Assembly: GCA_965261395.1 (NCBI GenBank)
Contig: OZ253462.1
Location: 2,112,001-2,176,000, forward strand
From: Candidatus Latescibacterota bacterium
GTDB taxonomy: Bacteria > Latescibacterota > UBA2968 > UBA8231
DNA: 64,000 bases
Direction: 5' to 3'
In this document: piece by piece, positions 28,380-37,732 of the stretch
How positions within the stretch are numbered: the stretch's first letter is position 1
How the letters are laid out: each line of letters begins with the position of its first letter
Program-made: the position numbers and the translations under genes
The notes under the pieces: generated by a model
The model's database searches: none
What the model saw: the letters and a program-made list of their open reading frames with translations, nothing else
What the model was told of the DNA's origin: nothing

Positions 28380-29675
28380 ATGTGTACGCAGAGATCCAAA
28401 GTGAGAATTGGCCGCGCAGCGCTATCTGACAGAGGAGAAAAGGGACTGACCATGGGCAAACACAGCGGCGACAATACTAACGAGGACCTGCTGCGAGACT
28501 TGCGGCTCGCGGTTTGGCGGCACAAGGAACCGGAGGGCGAATTCATGGTCCTATCGCAGATCCGCCAGACCTTGGATCGCGCCGGGATCGCTCACGACGG
28601 CTGCCGGTTGTACCGGGTGCAAGCCGGCAACGGCGAGTGCAAGATACGCGTCCATCGCTTGACAGCCGACGGGCATTGGTCTCCGCTGACGGAAGGGCAG
28701 CAGTGGGTGCTGGCGTCGTGGAAATCAGCCACAACCTGCTATCGAGCACCGAACCGCCACGGGGAATGTGCCTGGCTGGCCCGGCAGATGCGTTGCAATG
28801 TCAAAGCCATACTCGAAACGACCTTTGATCAAGGCGTCTTAGCCCTTTATCGCAAAGAGGCCATCGCCTGTAGCGACGCGGACGTCGGCTTGTTCAAGGG
28901 CTTGGGTGAGGTCCTCAGCGGGCTGTACTACCGGCAAGAAGACCTGTCGCAATTGCAGGCCAAAGAAGCGCAGCTACGCGAAGCGCAGAAATTGCGGGTG
29001 ATGGGGCAATTGACGACCGAGTTCGCGGGCGAGATCAACAAACACTTAGAGGTGATCATCGGCGAGGCCAGCCTGCTACGCGAAGGCGACTTAGCGCCCG
29101 CCGTCGGCGACGGCGTACAAGCCGTGTACGAGGCCGGCCTCTAGGCGCGCAGCACCAGCGAGCGGTTGTTGGCGTGTGCGCGCCAGCAGAAGACGCGGAA
29201 GGAATGGGTCAACCTCAGCCACATCGTGCAGGAGACTGCCCTGCTGATGCGCCGGACGCTCCTGAAAGACCAGATCGAAATCGCCGAGGACCTAGCCCCG
29301 AATCTGCCCTATATCAAGGCTCATGCCGGCCAGCTCCAACAGGTCGTCCTCAACCTCATCCAAAATAGCCGCGACGCCATAAAGCAGGCGCGAGGGGCGG
29401 GGCGGATCGTGCTGCGGGTATCGATCCGCCAAGGCTGGATTGTGCTGGAGATCGAGGACAATGGGCCAGGCATTCCAGCGGAAATCCGGGACGATATTTT
29501 TGCGCCGTTCTTCACGACCAAGGGGTCGAGTCAAAACAGCGGATTGGGGTTGAGCGTATGTGCTGGCATTGCCCGCGACCATCACGGCCACTTACTCGTC
29601 GAAGACTGTGCCCAAGGGGCCTGTGTGGTCTTGGAACTGCCCATCAATCCGCACGCCGCGTTAGCGAACAACTGA
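28380..29675 (+). pseudogene. Sensor histidine kinase interrupted by an in-frame TAG (29142-29144)
   Basis: ORFs 28380-29144 and 29166-29675 share a frame. N box QVVLNLIQNSRDA, DNGPGI, FFTTK, GLGL. Confidence 0.82.
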
Positions 29676-29742
29676 ACCTTGTTGCAACATACGCGCTCCT
29701 ATATGTTCAGACCCGCAGCGCACAACGCGGGAGATAAAGCGC

Positions 29743-30228
29743 ATGGTCATCGTATTAATGGGCGTAACGGGCAGCGGTAAGACGACGGTGGGCGAACAGC
29801 TCGCCCAACAGCTCGGATGGGCTTATTACGACGCGGACGATTTCCACCCGGAAGCCAACGTGCACAAAATGGCCAGCGGCACGCCGCTTACCGACGAGGA
29901 CCGCTGGCCCTGGCTGGAGATCCTCTCTGCGGCCATCGACCAGTGGCTTTGTGCCGAGCAGGGGGCGATACTCGGCTGCTCCGCGCTCAAACAGAGCTAC
30001 CGCGACATCTTGGTCAGCGGGCGGCCCGGCGTGCAGATCGTCCATCTCAAAGGCCCGAAGGCACTCATCGCCCAGCGGCTCAAAGAGCGGCAGCACCGCT
30101 ACATGCCAGCCAGCCTACTCGACAGCCAGTTTGCGACCCTCGAAGAACCGCGCGGCGCACTGAGCGTGGACATCGGCCCCCCGCCCGCAGCCATTGCCAC
30201 GGCCATCCGCACGGCCTTGAAGCTCTGA
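29743..30228 (+). CDS. gntK: Gluconokinase (GntK/IdnK family)
   Basis: MGVTGSGKTT, DADDFHP..NV.KM.SG.PLTDEDRWPWL, CSALK..YR, SLLDSQFATLEEP. Confidence 0.93.
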   Translation: MVIVLMGVTGSGKTTVGEQLAQQLGWAYYDADDFHPEANVHKMASGTPLTDEDRWPWLEILSAAIDQWLCAEQGAILGCSALKQSYRDILVSGRPGVQIVHLKGPKALIAQRLKERQHRYMPASLLDSQFATLEEPRGALSVDIGPPPAAIATAIRTALKL

Positions 30229-30270
30229 TTACGATAGCTCCCCAAAGAAGGGTAGTGTATCCTCGTCTTT

Positions 30271-31305
30271 TTACTTCGGTCTATTCGCCCCGCAGGATTC
30301 CCGCACGATCAGAGGCGTTTCCAAGGTTATTTGCCGAGGCGTCTCCTGCCCCTCAAGCTGTTCCAGCATCAGCTCCATCGCCGCTTGGGCAATCGCCTCG
30401 TAGGGAGTTGCCAAAGTCGTCAGTGCCGGCGTCATATAAGCCCCCACTTCGATATTGCCGTACCCCACCACGGCCACATCCTCGGGAACGCGCAGCCCTG
30501 ACTCCCGCAGCCCGTGACAAACGCCTATCGCCGCATAATCATTCCGGCACACAAGGGCCGTAAAAAGCCCGCTGTCGAGCCTTTTGCCCAGTTGATATGC
30601 CGGTTCTAAAAAAGCGGTTTCACCAGATACGCGTTGGGGAGTCAAGCCGTGCTTTTGCATCGCCATCAAATACCCCTTGCCCTTGTCTGAACCCAAGTTG
30701 TTCGTATTCCAGTTCGTTCCGATAAATCCGATCCGCTCATGCCCCAACCGGATTAAGTGCTCTGTAGCCTCGCAAAAACTCATTATATTGTTCAGCACGA
30801 TCCCACTCAGAGTTGGAATCGGGTAGTGAAAAGTTACCACCGGCACTAGTTCCCCCACATCATGCAAGATCTTGATCTCTGACTCTCCTACGACGCCTCG
30901 CGTATCAATCAAGAGTCCGTCTACGCCCCGGGAAAGTAACTTCTTGATATCCTTTATCTGGGCGTCCTCTGCCCGAGGAAACTCTTCGGTGGGCATGCCC
31001 ACCACAATCTCATAATCATGCCGTTTAGCCGCCCTCAGAATATGAAGGGTCTGATTTCCGAACGTCTCCTGAGAAATATGGAAGGTTAGCAGACCTAGGG
31101 TATCTGTCTTCCCCGTCACAAACCCCAGTGCCAGCAAATTGGGAGTGTAGTCCAACTCGGCGGCTTTTTGCAGCACCCGTTTTCGGGTCTCCTCCGTCAC
31201 CAAGGCCGACACCTTCTGATCCTTGGATAGGGCCCGAGAGATGGTTGCAACCGAAAGCCCCAATTCCCGCGCAACATCTTTGATGGTAGTTCGCTTTTTT
31301 TTCAT
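30271..31305 (-). CDS. LacI-family transcriptional regulator
   Basis: TIKDVARELGLSVATISRAL; GLRVPEDVAVVGY; PALTT; LIVRESC. Confidence 0.95.
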   Translation of the reverse strand: MKKKRTTIKDVARELGLSVATISRALSKDQKVSALVTEETRKRVLQKAAELDYTPNLLALGFVTGKTDTLGLLTFHISQETFGNQTLHILRAAKRHDYEIVVGMPTEEFPRAEDAQIKDIKKLLSRGVDGLLIDTRGVVGESEIKILHDVGELVPVVTFHYPIPTLSGIVLNNIMSFCEATEHLIRLGHERIGFIGTNWNTNNLGSDKGKGYLMAMQKHGLTPQRVSGETAFLEPAYQLGKRLDSGLFTALVCRNDYAAIGVCHGLRESGLRVPEDVAVVGYGNIEVGAYMTPALTTLATPYEAIAQAAMELMLEQLEGQETPRQITLETPLIVRESCGANRPK

Positions 31306-31486
31306 TAACGTACGTTCGGGTTAAGGGATCTCTAATCGGCGTGGAGTATCCGTTTTTGGGGGTACATACGGCCAACAGCGTTGAGTCGATAAAAAAGTTC
31401 AGTACAAGAGCTTTGGCAATACCGTAGACAGAATTTTAATCGGCAATTGACGCGGGGCTAATGAGGAAATCCAATGGGGGAGCAAA

Positions 31487-31517
31487 GGCCGGGTCGGGGA
31501 TCATCCCCGACCCGGCC
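31487..31517. terminator. GC-rich hairpin downstream of the LRR genes
   Basis: GGCCGGGTCGGGGA-tca-TCCCCGACCCGGCC. Confidence 0.55.
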
Positions 31518-31546
31518 AATGGCTTGGTGTGCGGCAACAATCGCAC

Positions 31547-32908
31547 CTATTCGCAGAAAGACAATCCCAGATTGTCTAGGTCACTTGTCTTTATCGCTCG
31601 CAGACTGGCGGGGATGCATCCACTTAAGTTGTTGCCGTTCAGATACAGCGTTGCTAGGTTGGCCAGTTGACCTAACTCAGCAGGAATCGAACCACTTAAC
31701 GCGTTGCTGGACAGATACAGCAAGGTCAGGTTGGTCAGTTGGCCTAACTCAGCAGGAATCGAGCCGCTTAAGTCGTTGAAGGATAGATACAGCATTTTCA
31801 GGTTGGTCAGTTGGCCTAACTCAGCAGGAATCGAACCACTTAAATCGTTGCTGGACAGACTCAGCAAGGTCAGGTTGGTCAGTTGGCCTAACTCAGCAGG
31901 AATCGAGCCGCTTAACGCGTTGCTGGACAGAATCAGCGCTTGCAGGTTGGCCAGTTGACCTAACGCGGAAGGGATCGAACCACTTAAATCATTGCTAGAC
32001 AGAGCAAGCGCTCTCAGGTTGGTCAGTTGACTTAACTCGGAGGGGATCGAACCACTTAAATCGTTGCCGTCCAAATACAGCCATTCTAGGTTAGTCAGTT
32101 GGCCTAACTCGGAAGGAATCGTACCACTTAAATCGTTGCCAGACAGAAACAGCCATTCTAGGTTGGTCAGTTGACCTAACGCGGCAGGAATCGAACCGCT
32201 TAAGTCGTTGTTGGATAGCATAAAAATTTTCAGGTTGGTCAGTTGACCTAACGCGGCAGGAATCGAACCGCTTAAGTCGTTGCCAGACAAATACAGCCAT
32301 TCTAGGTTGGTCAATTGACCTAACTCGGAAGGAATCGAACCGCTTAAGTCGTTGTTGGATAAAACAAGATTTTTCAGGTTGGCCAACAGGCCTAACTCAG
32401 CAGGTATAGATCCGCTTAACTGGCTTCTGGGCAGATCCAGATGGGTGACGCGCCCGTCGGCATTGGTGGTCACGCCCTCCCAAGCGCCGATAGGTTCATC
32501 GCTGTCCCAATTGTCGCCCGTCCAAGCACTGCCTCCACCTGTGGCTTGATAGAAAGCTATCAGTACCGCTCGATCCGGGTTAATCGATATGGACGGTCTG
32601 TCTTCTGTTCCGGGTGGTGGGCTACCTGGGGCCGAGCAGTTGGCTGTGTAGATGTGGCCCTCGATGAACACGGTATCGGCGAGGCTGATCTGGCCGTTGA
32701 TATTGCGGATCGGAATGGTGACGAGCACGTCCGATGATTGGGTCGTCGCGTTGGCCTTGGCCGCGGCGCGTCGGTAGGTCGCGCCGTTGATCTCGATGGT
32801 TTGCCACGGCCCGGCCTGCTCGTCAAAAGCCAACTGAGCAACCGGCGGCTCTTGGTCGGAGCAAGACAAAGACAAAAGCAAGGCAAGGGCAATTAGGGGG
32901 CGTAGCAT
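31547..32908 (-). CDS. Leucine-rich-repeat lipoprotein (plant-type 24-aa LRR)
   Basis: Lipobox SLSC; N-cap DRAVLIAFYQATGG..W...NW...W.GV; LSGSIPAELGQLTNLxxLxLxxN repeats; LSGCIP...CE cap. Confidence 0.95.
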   Translation of the reverse strand: MLRPLIALALLLSLSCSDQEPPVAQLAFDEQAGPWQTIEINGATYRRAAAKANATTQSSDVLVTIPIRNINGQISLADTVFIEGHIYTANCSAPGSPPPGTEDRPSISINPDRAVLIAFYQATGGGSAWTGDNWDSDEPIGAWEGVTTNADGRVTHLDLPRSQLSGSIPAELGLLANLKNLVLSNNDLSGSIPSELGQLTNLEWLYLSGNDLSGSIPAALGQLTNLKIFMLSNNDLSGSIPAALGQLTNLEWLFLSGNDLSGTIPSELGQLTNLEWLYLDGNDLSGSIPSELSQLTNLRALALSSNDLSGSIPSALGQLANLQALILSSNALSGSIPAELGQLTNLTLLSLSSNDLSGSIPAELGQLTNLKMLYLSFNDLSGSIPAELGQLTNLTLLYLSSNALSGSIPAELGQLANLATLYLNGNNLSGCIPASLRAIKTSDLDNLGLSFCE

Positions 32909-32957
32909 AGGAGGTCTCCTTTAATTCTCCAACGCGAGTAATTCCGGCACTTGACAC

Positions 32958-35900
32958 CTATTCGCAGACCGACAATTCCAGTTGATCTAGGTCATTTGTC
33001 TCTATCGTTTGCAGACTGGTGGGAATGCACCCGCTTAAGTCGTTGCTTTTCAGGTACAGCTTCTCTAGGTTGGTCAATTGACCTAACTCAGATGGGATCG
33101 AACCACTTAACTCGTTGCCTAACAGAAACAGCGATCTCAGGTTGGTCAATTGACCCAACTCGGAGGGGATTGAGCCGCTTAACTCGTTGCTGCCCAGATT
33201 CAACTCTTCCAGATGGGTCAGTTGGCCTAACTCAACAGGAATCGAACCGCTTAATCGGGTCAGGAACAGCCGCAGCGTTGTCAGGTTGGTCAGGTTGCCT
33301 AACTCAGCCGGAATCGAGCCGCTTATGTCGTTGTTGCCCAGATTCAGCTCTTCCAAGTTGGTCAGTTGGCCTAACTCAGCAGGAATCGAACCACTTAAGT
33401 CGTTGACGTGCAGATTCAGCGTTGTCAGGTTGGTCAGGTTGCCTAACTCAGCCGGAATCGAGCCGCTTAACCAGTTGCGGTACAGATTCAGCGATTGCAG
33501 GTTGGTCAGTTGGCCCAACTCGGCAGGAATCGAACCACTTAAGTCGTTACTGGACAGATCCAAATGGGTGACGCGCCCGTCGGCATTGGTGGTTACACCT
33601 TCCCACTCGTCGATAGGTTCATCGCCGTCCCAATTGTCGCCCGTCCAAGCACTGCCCCCACCCGTGGCTCGATAGAAAGCCATCAATACGGCCCGGTCAG
33701 GCTCATCAGGCTCATTGTCTTCCTGCGAGTCGTCTGAGTCGTCCGAGTCGTCTGAGTCGTCTGAGTCGTCTGAGTCGTCTGAGTCGTCTGAGTCGTCTGA
33801 GTCGTCCGAGTCGTCTGAGTCGTCTGAGTCGTCCGAGTCGTCTGAGTCGTCTGAGTCGTCTGAGTCGTCCGAGTCGTCCGAATTAAGCGATACCGACAAC
33901 TGGTTGTCTGTATCGTCTGTCCCAGTTGATCGGCTTTCTACGGATGAGTCGCAGAAGGACAATCCCAGGCTGCTTGGCGATACCAATTCTTGCAGACCAG
34001 AGGGGAGGCACCCGCTGAAATCGTTGCCGGACAGACGCAGCGTTGTCAGCTTGCTCAGGTTACCTAACGAAGACGGTATCGTACCACTTAAATCGTTGTT
34101 GTCCAGAAGCAGCACTGCCAGCTTGCTCAGGTTACCTAACGAGGACGGTATCGAACCGCTTAAATCGTTGAAGCCCAGAAACAGATTTGTCAGCTTGCTC
34201 AGGTTACCTAACGAGGACGGTATCGAACCGCTTAAATCGTTGTCGCCCAGAACCAGCGCTGTCAAGTTGCTCAGGTTACCTAACGAAGACGGTATCGTAC
34301 CACTTAAATCGTTGTCGAACAGATTCAGATACGTCAGGTTAGTCAAGTTACCTAACGAAGACGGTATCGAACCGCTTAAATCGTTGAAGCCCAATTCCAG
34401 CTTTTTCAGCTTGCTCAGGCTACCTAACGAAGACGGTATCGAACCGCTTAAATCATTCTGTTGCAGTTCCAGCTCTTCCAGGTTGGTCAGGTTACCTAAC
34501 GAGGACGGTATCGAACCGCTTAAATCGGTGTAAGCCAGAAGCAGCTCTTCCAGGTTGGTCAGGTTACCTAACGAAGACGGTATCGAACCGCTTAAATCAT
34601 CGTGGGCCAGCCACAGCTGGGTGACGCGCCCGTCGGCATTGGTGGTGACGCCCTCCCAATTGCCGATAGGTTCATCGCTGCCCCAATTGCTACCCGTCCA
34701 ATCACTGCCTCCACCCGTGGCGCTATAGAAAGCCACCAATACAGCTCGGTCGGAATTAGCCGTATCGTCCGTCTCATCCGTCTCGTCTGTCTCGTCCGTC
34801 TCGTCTGTCTCATCCGTCTCGTCTGTCTCGTCCGTCTCGTCCGCGTCATCCGCGTCATCCGCGTCATCCGACGAGTCGCAGAAGGACAATCCCAGGCTGC
34901 TTGGCGATACCAATCCTCGCAGACTGGAGGGGACGCACCCGCTGAAGTTGTTGTCCCTCAGCCCCAGATCTTCCAGGTTGGTCAGATTACCTAACGAGGA
35001 CGGTATCGAACCACTTAAATCGTTGTTGCCCAGACTCAGATCTTCCAGGTTGGTCAGATTACCTAACGAGGACGGTATCGAACCACTTAATTCGTTGCTG
35101 CTCAGCCACATCAATTCCAGGTTGGTCAGATTACCTAACGAGGACGGTATCGAACCACTTAATTCGTTGTGCATCAGATACATCAATTCCAGGTTGCTCA
35201 GGTTCCCTAACGAGGACGGTATCGAACCACTTAAATCGTTCCAGGACAGATTCAGCCTTTTCAGCTTGCTCAGGTTCCCTAACTCGGAGGGAATCGAACC
35301 ACTTAAATCGCTGTTGCCCAGATCCAGATATTCCAGGTTGCTCAGGTTCCCTAACGAGGAGGGAATCGAACCGCTTATGTCGTTGTGGCCCAGATACAGC
35401 TGTGTCAGGTTAGTCAGGTTACCTAACGAGGACGGTATCGAACCACTTAATCTATCGTTGGACAGGCTCAGCTGGGTGACGCGTCCCTCGTCATTGGTAC
35501 TAACGCCTTCCCAATTGCCGATAGGTTCATCGCTGCCCCAATTGTTGCCCGTCCAATCACTGCCTCCACCTATGGCGCTGTAGAAAGCCATCAATACAGC
35601 TCGGTCGGAATTAGCCGTCTCGTCTGTCTCATCCGTCTCGTCCGTCTCGTCTGTCTCGTCTGTCTCGTCTGTCTCATCCGTCTCGTCTGTCTCGTCTGTC
35701 TCGTCTGTCTCGTCTGTCTCGTCTGTCTCGTCTGTCTCGTCCGCGTCATCCGCGTCATCCGCGTCATCCGACGAGTCGCAGAAAGACAATTCCAGCCTAT
35801 CTAGATCATTTGTCTTTATCGCTCGCAGACTGGCGGGGATGCACCCGCTTAAGTCGTTGCCACTCAGATACAGCCGTTCCAACAAGTTAAGTTGGCCCAA

Positions 35901-37406
35901 CGCAGCCGGAATCGAACCGCTTAACTGGTTGCGTTCCAGTTCTATCTCTTCTACGTTGGTCAGGTTACCTAACTCAACTGGAATTGAACCGCTTAACTGG
36001 TTGCCGTACAGAGTCAGCTTTTCCAAGTTGGTCAGGTTGCCTAACTCAACGGGTATCGAGCCGGTTAACTGGTTGCTGTACAGACGCAGCGATGTCAGGT
36101 TGGTCAGGTTGCCCAACTCAACAGGTATCGAACCACTTAACCGGTTGGCACCCAGCGACAGCCTTTGTAGGTTGGTCAGGTTACCTAACGCAGCCGGAAT
36201 CGAACCGGTTAAGTCGCTGCCGCTCAGATACAACTCTTCCAGGTTGGTCAGGTTACCTAACACAGCCGGAATCGAACCGGTTAAGCCGCCGACCAGGATC
36301 AGCGTTTGTAGGTTAGTCAGGTTGCCTAACTCAACTGGAATCGAGCCGGTTACGCTGCTCAACCTCAGGGATGTCAGGTTGGTCAGGTTGCCTAACTCAA
36401 CTGGAATCGGGCCGCTAAAGTTGCTGGCTTCCAGGTGCAGCCTTTGTAGGTTGGTCAGGTTGCCTAACTCAACAGGAAACGAGCCGCTTAACCGGCTGTA
36501 TTTCAGAATCAGGGATGTCAGATTGGTCAGGTTACCTAACTCAGCCGGAATCGAGCCACTCAAGTTGTTTTCGCCCATAATCAGGGATGTCAGGTTGGTC
36601 AGGTTACCTAACTCAGCCGGAATCGAACCATTCAAGTTGTTTTCGTACAGATACAGCGATTTCAGGTAGGTTAGTTGGCCTAACTCAGCCGGAATTGAGC
36701 CACGTAACCTCGTGTCATATAGAGACAGATGGGTGACGCGTCCGTCGGCATTGGTGTTGACGCCCTGCCAAGTGCCGATAGATTGATCGCTGCCCCAATT
36801 GTTGCCCGTCCAATCCGTTCCTCCACCTGTGGCTCGATAGAAAACCATCAGTATAGCCCGATCAGATAGATCAGTCTGATCCGGGGTCTCGACCGACGAG
36901 CTATCGACTGCAACCGGCGGCGTTTCCACCGACAAGCTATCGACTGTAACCGGCGGCGTTTCCACCGACGAGCTATCGACTGCAACCGGCGGCGTTTCCA
37001 CCGACGAGCTATCGACTGCAACCGGCGGCGTTTCCACCGACGAGCTATCGACTGGAACGAGTGGCGGGATTTCTACCGACGAGCTATCGACTGGAACGAG
37101 TGGCGGGATTTCTATCGACAAACTATCGACTGTATCGGGCAAGCAGTTGGCCGTATAGATGCGGCCCGCAATGACTATGGTATCGGGGAGATTGCTCTGG
37201 TCGTTGATCGGAATGGAGATACGTAAGTCCGATGATTGGGCTGTCGCGTTGGCCTTGGCCGCGACACGTCGGTAGAGCTCGCCGTTGACCGAAGCCGTTT
37301 GCCACGGCCCGGCCTCCTCGTCAAAAGCCGATTGGGCAACCGGCGGATCTTGGTCAGAGCAAGACAGAGGCAAAAGCAGGACGAGGGCAATCAGGAGGCG
37401 TGGCAT
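32958..37406 (-). CDS. Large LRR lipoprotein with four capped LRR blocks and acidic linkers
   Basis: Same signal and N-domain as 31547-32908; four DRA.L..FY..(T/I)GGG N-caps; DET/DAD/DDS linkers. Confidence 0.95.
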   Translation of the reverse strand: MPRLLIALVLLLPLSCSDQDPPVAQSAFDEEAGPWQTASVNGELYRRVAAKANATAQSSDLRISIPINDQSNLPDTIVIAGRIYTANCLPDTVDSLSIEIPPLVPVDSSSVEIPPLVPVDSSSVETPPVAVDSSSVETPPVAVDSSSVETPPVTVDSLSVETPPVAVDSSSVETPDQTDLSDRAILMVFYRATGGGTDWTGNNWGSDQSIGTWQGVNTNADGRVTHLSLYDTRLRGSIPAELGQLTYLKSLYLYENNLNGSIPAELGNLTNLTSLIMGENNLSGSIPAELGNLTNLTSLILKYSRLSGSFPVELGNLTNLQRLHLEASNFSGPIPVELGNLTNLTSLRLSSVTGSIPVELGNLTNLQTLILVGGLTGSIPAVLGNLTNLEELYLSGSDLTGSIPAALGNLTNLQRLSLGANRLSGSIPVELGNLTNLTSLRLYSNQLTGSIPVELGNLTNLEKLTLYGNQLSGSIPVELGNLTNVEEIELERNQLSGSIPAALGQLNLLERLYLSGNDLSGCIPASLRAIKTNDLDRLELSFCDSSDDADDADDADETDETDETDETDETDETDETDETDETDETDETDETDETDETANSDRAVLMAFYSAIGGGSDWTGNNWGSDEPIGNWEGVSTNDEGRVTQLSLSNDRLSGSIPSSLGNLTNLTQLYLGHNDISGSIPSSLGNLSNLEYLDLGNSDLSGSIPSELGNLSKLKRLNLSWNDLSGSIPSSLGNLSNLELMYLMHNELSGSIPSSLGNLTNLELMWLSSNELSGSIPSSLGNLTNLEDLSLGNNDLSGSIPSSLGNLTNLEDLGLRDNNFSGCVPSSLRGLVSPSSLGLSFCDSSDDADDADDADETDETDETDETDETDETDETDETDDTANSDRAVLVAFYSATGGGSDWTGSNWGSDEPIGNWEGVTTNADGRVTQLWLAHDDLSGSIPSSLGNLTNLEELLLAYTDLSGSIPSSLGNLTNLEELELQQNDLSGSIPSSLGSLSKLKKLELGFNDLSGSIPSSLGNLTNLTYLNLFDNDLSGTIPSSLGNLSNLTALVLGDNDLSGSIPSSLGNLSKLTNLFLGFNDLSGSIPSSLGNLSKLAVLLLDNNDLSGTIPSSLGNLSKLTTLRLSGNDFSGCLPSGLQELVSPSSLGLSFCDSSVESRSTGTDDTDNQLSVSLNSDDSDDSDDSDDSDDSDDSDDSDDSDDSDDSDDSDDSDDSDDSDDSDDSDDSQEDNEPDEPDRAVLMAFYRATGGGSAWTGDNWDGDEPIDEWEGVTTNADGRVTHLDLSSNDLSGSIPAELGQLTNLQSLNLYRNWLSGSIPAELGNLTNLTTLNLHVNDLSGSIPAELGQLTNLEELNLGNNDISGSIPAELGNLTNLTTLRLFLTRLSGSIPVELGQLTHLEELNLGSNELSGSIPSELGQLTNLRSLFLLGNELSGSIPSELGQLTNLEKLYLKSNDLSGCIPTSLQTIETNDLDQLELSVCE
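33727..33880. repeat. 9-bp tandem repeat encoding (SDD)n
   Basis: (GAGTCGTCY)n within the LRR gene. Confidence 0.95.
34765..34870. repeat. 9-bp tandem repeats encoding (DAD)n(ETD)n
   Basis: (GTCTCRTCY)n and (GCGTCATCC)n. Confidence 0.92.
35617..35770. repeat. 9-bp tandem repeats encoding (DAD)n(ETD)n, longer copy
   Basis: Same units as 34765-34870 with a higher copy number. Confidence 0.92.
36885..37132. repeat. 30-36-bp tandem repeats encoding VDSSSVETPPVA-like units
   Basis: Repeated ACCGACGAGCTATCGACTG core. Confidence 0.9.
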
Positions 37407-37465
37407 AAGAGGAATCCTTTAATGATCCAACGGGAGTAATTCCGGCAGTGGTACTGGATTCACGC

Positions 37466-37552
37466 CTATTCGCAGCGTTTTTCGTCCTTGCTGCAGGCCA
37501 ATAGCCCCAAGGGCAGGACAAGAGTCAGACTCGTAGCTATTAGTCGTTTCAT
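37466..37552 (-). pseudogene. Collapsed LRR-lipoprotein copy (signal peptide joined to the terminal CE*)
   Basis: MKRLIATSLTLVLPLGLLACSKDEKRCE*, followed by the same spacer motif that separates the two intact LRR genes. Confidence 0.65.
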
Positions 37553-37576
37553 GGCGAACCGTCCCCGATGGATGAC

Positions 37577-37627
37577 AATGTAAATATTTACATTCGGAAA
37601 TAGAAAATAACACTGTAAAAGTTTACA
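37577..37627. promoter_or_regulatory. Two LacI-like operator palindromes upstream of the LRR array
   Basis: AATGTAAATATTTACATT (37577-37594, perfect) and TGTAAAAGTTTACA (37614-37627). Confidence 0.6.
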
Positions 37628-37732
37628 TCAAGCAAAAAATTCCACCGACATAGCGTATTTTTTACAACCCTTTGTTTTTATTGGAGTCGCCACCCAGACT
37701 CAAACCGGAGATCTATTCATTAAGAAGCAGAG

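Noticed and set aside
29142-29144. Pyrrolysine or recoded TAG readthrough
   Set aside because: TAG is used as a normal stop in many genes here and no pyl genes are visible.
33187-36669. Long plus-strand ORFs such as the (SSE)n 272-aa ORF
   Set aside because: Antisense shadows of the repetitive LRR gene.
33727-37132. Tandem repeats as a CRISPR array
   Set aside because: The units are contiguous 9-36-bp coding repeats with no unique spacers, and no cas genes are present.
31547-37406. Diversity-generating retroelement acting on the LRR genes
   Set aside because: No reverse transcriptase in the window and no template/variable repeat pair with adenine-specific differences seen.
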